Made by a program: the position numbers and the translations under genes. The notes beneath the pieces were generated by a model that had not been told where the DNA came from, ran no database searches, and saw only the letters and a list, made by a program, of their open reading frames with translations. From NCBI GenBank assembly GCA_965287045.1, contig OZ336895.1, positions 21,700,001 to 21,764,000 on the forward strand: 64,000 bases of DNA, written 5' to 3'. The stretch comes from Carcharhinus amblyrhynchos. Taxonomy: Eukaryota. Shown here in pieces: positions 59,623 through 64,000 of this stretch. The first letter of the stretch is position 1, and each line of letters starts with the position of its first letter.

Positions 59623-62600
59623 ATATTACTAAATATTATTAGTATCAGCAGTGGAGAAAATTACAGCTACACCATTGCTTTGGCCTAGGAAGGTCATGTT
59701 GATGACCAAAGTTATTTAAGATCTTAACACGAACAATATATCTCATAATATTCAACTGTGCTTTTTTTGCAGTTTGACAGTATTTTTATCTTTGTAACTT
59801 GATAATATTTTATGATGCAATCTATTTGAATGCACATTAAGGAAGTCTAGTAATACAAAAATTGTTGTTTTATTTAGACTTTGACACTTTAAAGCTGCCG
59901 TAACTTTATCATCACTTTGCTTCAGTGTTTAGCCCTGCACGCCATTGGTACCAAAATACAGTAATAGGTGAAGGTTTGCACTTTTGAATCTTCAGAATGT
60001 AGAGTTCCTGATCTTGGTTTTTGCTAAAGGAAAAAGTGGCATGTGAATGCTATAAACTCCTAAGAAATCTAATTTTAAATGTCATTGGTCGTGTAGGTCC
60101 ATATTATTGCTCTCTGAAGACCGTTGCTGTAATTTGGATTTAATATTTTGTATTTGTACAGCTGGATTGAATATAGGTTTTTATTGCTGCCTGTTGAGGG
60201 AATTCTGTAATAATAGGTTGTTTGCATGTGGAAATGTTCTTGTTTAAGGAAGTAGGACTGACAACTATATGAAGTCAATGTATTAAACCTAGATTAATAT
60301 CTACACAATATCTTGGTGTATTTGAAATTGGAACTGAGACTGGAGATCAAACTAGTCATTGTGAGATATCAGATTTTGAGCTAAACATGTTCTCTAATTT
60401 TTGCTATAAATGAAAATCTTTGAAATTGATCCTAATCCAGGCTACCAAATGATAAAATTTTGGGAAAACAATGTTGGATGAAGGAACTAACTGTTCTAGC
60501 ACTACTATTCTTCTCTTCTCTTTGGGTTTTGGGGTGAGCACGGTTGGAAACTCCTGTCCTTGGTATCACCTCTTCCTAGCTGACTTAAGTGCCTATGTAA
60601 TACTAGGGTACTTTTTTCCTTGATTGGAGTGAAGTTGTAATTTATAGGATCACTGAACCCATTGTTTGTAAACAAAGTGATTAAATGACAGAATGAACAG
60701 AATTTCTGGCTATAATTATTTTTTTAATTCTGTGTCTGTTTTATGTTAAAATATCTTTCTTTGCAAAGAGAAGCATTAGGGTTGTCCATTAATCAAACTA
60801 TTGTGTAGTCTCTTTCTATAAAGATGGGGCTTTCAGTAAACGAGGCTTATCTTGTATTCTTAAGTAAGCTAATTTGTTCATTACCTAGAATTTGCTCTTC
60901 TAATGCCTTTTCTAATCTTCTGGTATATTCAGTCTTTAAAATTGATCTTTAATGCTGACTATTTGCCAGAGAAACATTTTTCCATTCCAGTATGCAGTTT
61001 TAAATGGTATGAGGTGTAGTACCAGTTACTCTTCCATCATGTTGCTTAATATTCTCACCTTGTATTGCTATGCGTATGCATGCTTTGATCTCTGGCTCCC
61101 TGTTGGTTTTTTCATTCATCATTATTATCAGTGATTGCATTCCTCAAGTCAACTTTTTTGTCCTACTAAACTTCTGAACAAAAGAAAAGGATTACTTTGG
61201 CTGCCTCCCATTTCTGTTGCCAATGACCTTTTTAAGCATTCTAAGCTGTATTGCTTTGTCAGTAACTTGGAATAATTGAGTTACCAATTTTAACAACAGT
61301 CAACAAGAACTTGCATTTATATTGTCTTTTAATGCAGTAAAATTTCTCAAGGTGCTTAGTTATGTTTTGAAAATTGGCCAGTTATTGGAAAAGAAAACAT
61401 ATAAATTGAGCTTTCAGTGCCATTAGCTCAGCCTGTAATTTTATAAGATGAATCGTGCATTACCTAAAATTTTGAAGCCATCAGCATGATATTTTAGAAT
61501 TTGTAAATCTTTTATGGTAGAGAATAAATTCAGACTTAATTTATTATATAATGAATACAGTAAATTTGTGTATAGCTATCCTTGTCATGTGTGAAGTTGG
61601 TTATTGGTAGTTGAAGTCTAGCTTACACCAGTTAAAACACCAATCATAGCAAGTGGTTGAAAGCTAGGTGCGAAAGACAAGTTGGTTAGCCTTTCGTTTT
61701 GGTTTTTAAACATTCAACCTGACAAGTGCGATTTTCAAACATTTCCCACTGTCCTTCAGCTAAATAGCTGTCAATGTTTTTTTTTTAATGCTTAAATTCT
61801 GACCTCTGGTGCTTTTCCCCTCTGATCTGTCCAGAACTACATCCCTCCCTTTTAAGCACCATTTTCTTAATATATTCATTTTGCCCAACAATGGGCAACT
61901 ACCTTATTTGCTGCTATTATATACTATAGTTAACACTTTACACACACCTTCATTTAAAAAAATTGCACCTTGCACTTTTGTGAAAATTTAATTATTCACG
62001 TTAACCTAGTAATCATGCTTTTAATTTCTATTGCTGCTTCTGTTTCCTAAGTTAATTGATCCTGTATCTTTAATATTAGCTTGAGGGACAAAATATTTTC
62101 CAGAATGTTGCCAGAGTTAATACCATATGTGCATATGAGCCTAATTTGACTGTATAGATTAACACAACTGCTTTTGGCAGTAATGCTAACTTCTCCACAA
62201 TGTTGGAATTATCTTTATTGTTTTTTGAGACAGTTATGCACACATCCAAAATGTAAATTATTTTTCTCAATATTGCCAGACCTACTGAGTATTTCCAGCA
62301 TTTTTTACATTTCTATAGTGCCTTTCTTGACGAGGTTCCAAACTGCTTCAGGACCAGTACAATAGTGACAAAAACAGAACTGGGCCATTCAGTCTGTTCC
62401 ACCATTTAATTATAGTATGGCTAATCTGTACCTCATTCCATTTATGCATGTTTAATAGGTTTTAAGGGATATCAAACAACCTATCGTTAGGAGTCCCCTT
62501 TAAGTAATTTGGTTGATTTTTGCTTTGCTCACTTTTTTTATTTTTGTCACATCTTTCTCTCTTCCCCACCCCTTTCCCCCCCCCCCCCCCCCCCCCAATC

Positions 62601-63019
62601 CTCTCCAAACCAAAATAATGTTAAACAATGTTATATGACCTAATTGCTACCTCATTGAAATTGCTCTCTAAACTGGGATCAAACTTGATTCCTTGCCAAT
62701 CGTTATAGCACTGTACTAAATTTGGTAGGGCAATTGGCTACTGCTATTGAGGAAGCTGAGATGTTGGCCAGAATTTTACTGGCATGCCTGCCCCAATTCT
62801 GGGGGCAGGTGAGGCTCGGAGAATGGCATTTGCCATTGGCCCTGGGTGGGATCGTACAAACCTCAGGCAGACTTGCAGTTAAATTCCACCCATTGTTTCT
62901 AATGCTGAATATTGCAATATGGAAGTGAGAACCAATTTTTGAATCTATACAAAGATTTTTGAATATTGGTGCAAAATTGAGTATGAAATTGAAACAAAAC
63001 CTGGCCTACCTAGAACTTG

Positions 63020-63212
63020 CTGCCAGGGGTGATAGTGGAAGCCGATATGATGGTGAGTTTTTAAGGGGCTTCTGGACAAATACAAAAATAGGACCAGAAT
63101 AGAGGAATATGGTCCCCAGAAGCATAGGGCATTTTAGTTCAGTCAGGCAGCATGGTGGGTGTAGGCTTGGAGAGCCGAAGGGCCTGTTCCTGTGCTGTAA
63201 TGTTCTTTGTTC
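63020..63212 (+). mobile_element. CR1 3' tail
   Basis: GCCGAAGGGCCTGTTCCTGTGCTGTAATGTTCTTTGTTC. Confidence 0.8.
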
Positions 63213-64000
63213 AAAGTTATGTCCATTCTCTAGGAGAGAGCCTCAACTGCCCTTGTCTGTGCCAACATATCAGTTCTGTAAAGTACATTTGAAATTCCAG
63301 ATATGTAAATTGAAAAGAAAAACACCTGAAGCAGCATAAATGAACATGTGTGAAAGGTTTCCTGTTGCTGAAAGCCAGTTTGGAATAGAATTCTAAAGCT
63401 GAAGGCAGTGAATAATGCAATGAAATGGGCTTTGTTTAGGATGTACTGTAGTATTCTGAAATTGTTTTGAATATTTTTCAGCATCCAGCATGCTGAAAAC
63501 AAGGCTCATTTTAAATGACATTTCAAAAAAAATTAGTTTCATGCTATTTTCTTATTGGACTTCAAATAAAATAATGAATATTCAGCCATAGAAAGTGCCA
63601 CACCCTCATTTGGAACTATTTTACTGTCATGCATTCCCTCACTTACACAAAAAAATCAGTTCTTACATTTAAAATTAGCATGTAAGGCAGCAAAACAAGT
63701 CTCACCCACAGTGAATGTGAGAGGATACCACTGTTGGTAGTTACCTTTTAAAATCATCTAGGATTAGACAAAAGTTGTTTTCTCTCTGCTCACAAACATA
63801 ATGAACTGAGGTAAATTGTGATGAATGCTTTTCCTTTCCCACCTTGGATATTTAACACGAGGAAGTCAGATATTAAATTCATTTTTTAAAGGATCATTTC
63901 TCCACTGGTAAAATGGTATTTTTTTCATATTTTGCACAGATGATTTCAAATTAATCTTTCCTTGTCCAGACAAAAGGCTCTTTTGTCCAGACCATAATGG

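Noticed and set aside
59700-64000. Convergent downstream gene or long 3' UTR
   Set aside because: Repeat-poor AT-rich sequence, but no exon or ORF evidence.
1-64000. CRISPR arrays, operons or prokaryotic defence systems
   Set aside because: Vertebrate exon-intron DNA with no regularly spaced repeat-spacer array.

Overview
Eukaryotic, AT-rich genomic DNA, almost certainly from a shark (HE1/V-SINEs, DeuSINE/SacSINE1-like copies, HER1/CR1 LINEs, Penelope-like remnants). The window holds the 3' two-thirds of one intact plus-strand class V myosin gene. I traced 23 coding exons from 3803 to a TGA at 58494, all phase-compatible (3411 nt, 1136 aa), covering the motor C-terminus, 6 IQ motifs, coiled coil and globular tail/DIL domain. 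It is closest to MYO5B but strongly diverged: 3 GC-AG introns, no visible PEST exons, and altered Rab11, Spire/melanophilin and phospho-loop residues. Introns are full of nested repeats. The most unusual object is a ~350-bp minus-strand element at 15768-16124 that strings together fragments of U1, probably U4, and U2 snRNAs, then two hairpin repeats and AATAAA. Nearly all other ORFs in the track are spurious or retroelement debris. All comparisons with human/mouse proteins, snRNAs and repeat families are from memory, not database searches; repeat boundaries are approximate.
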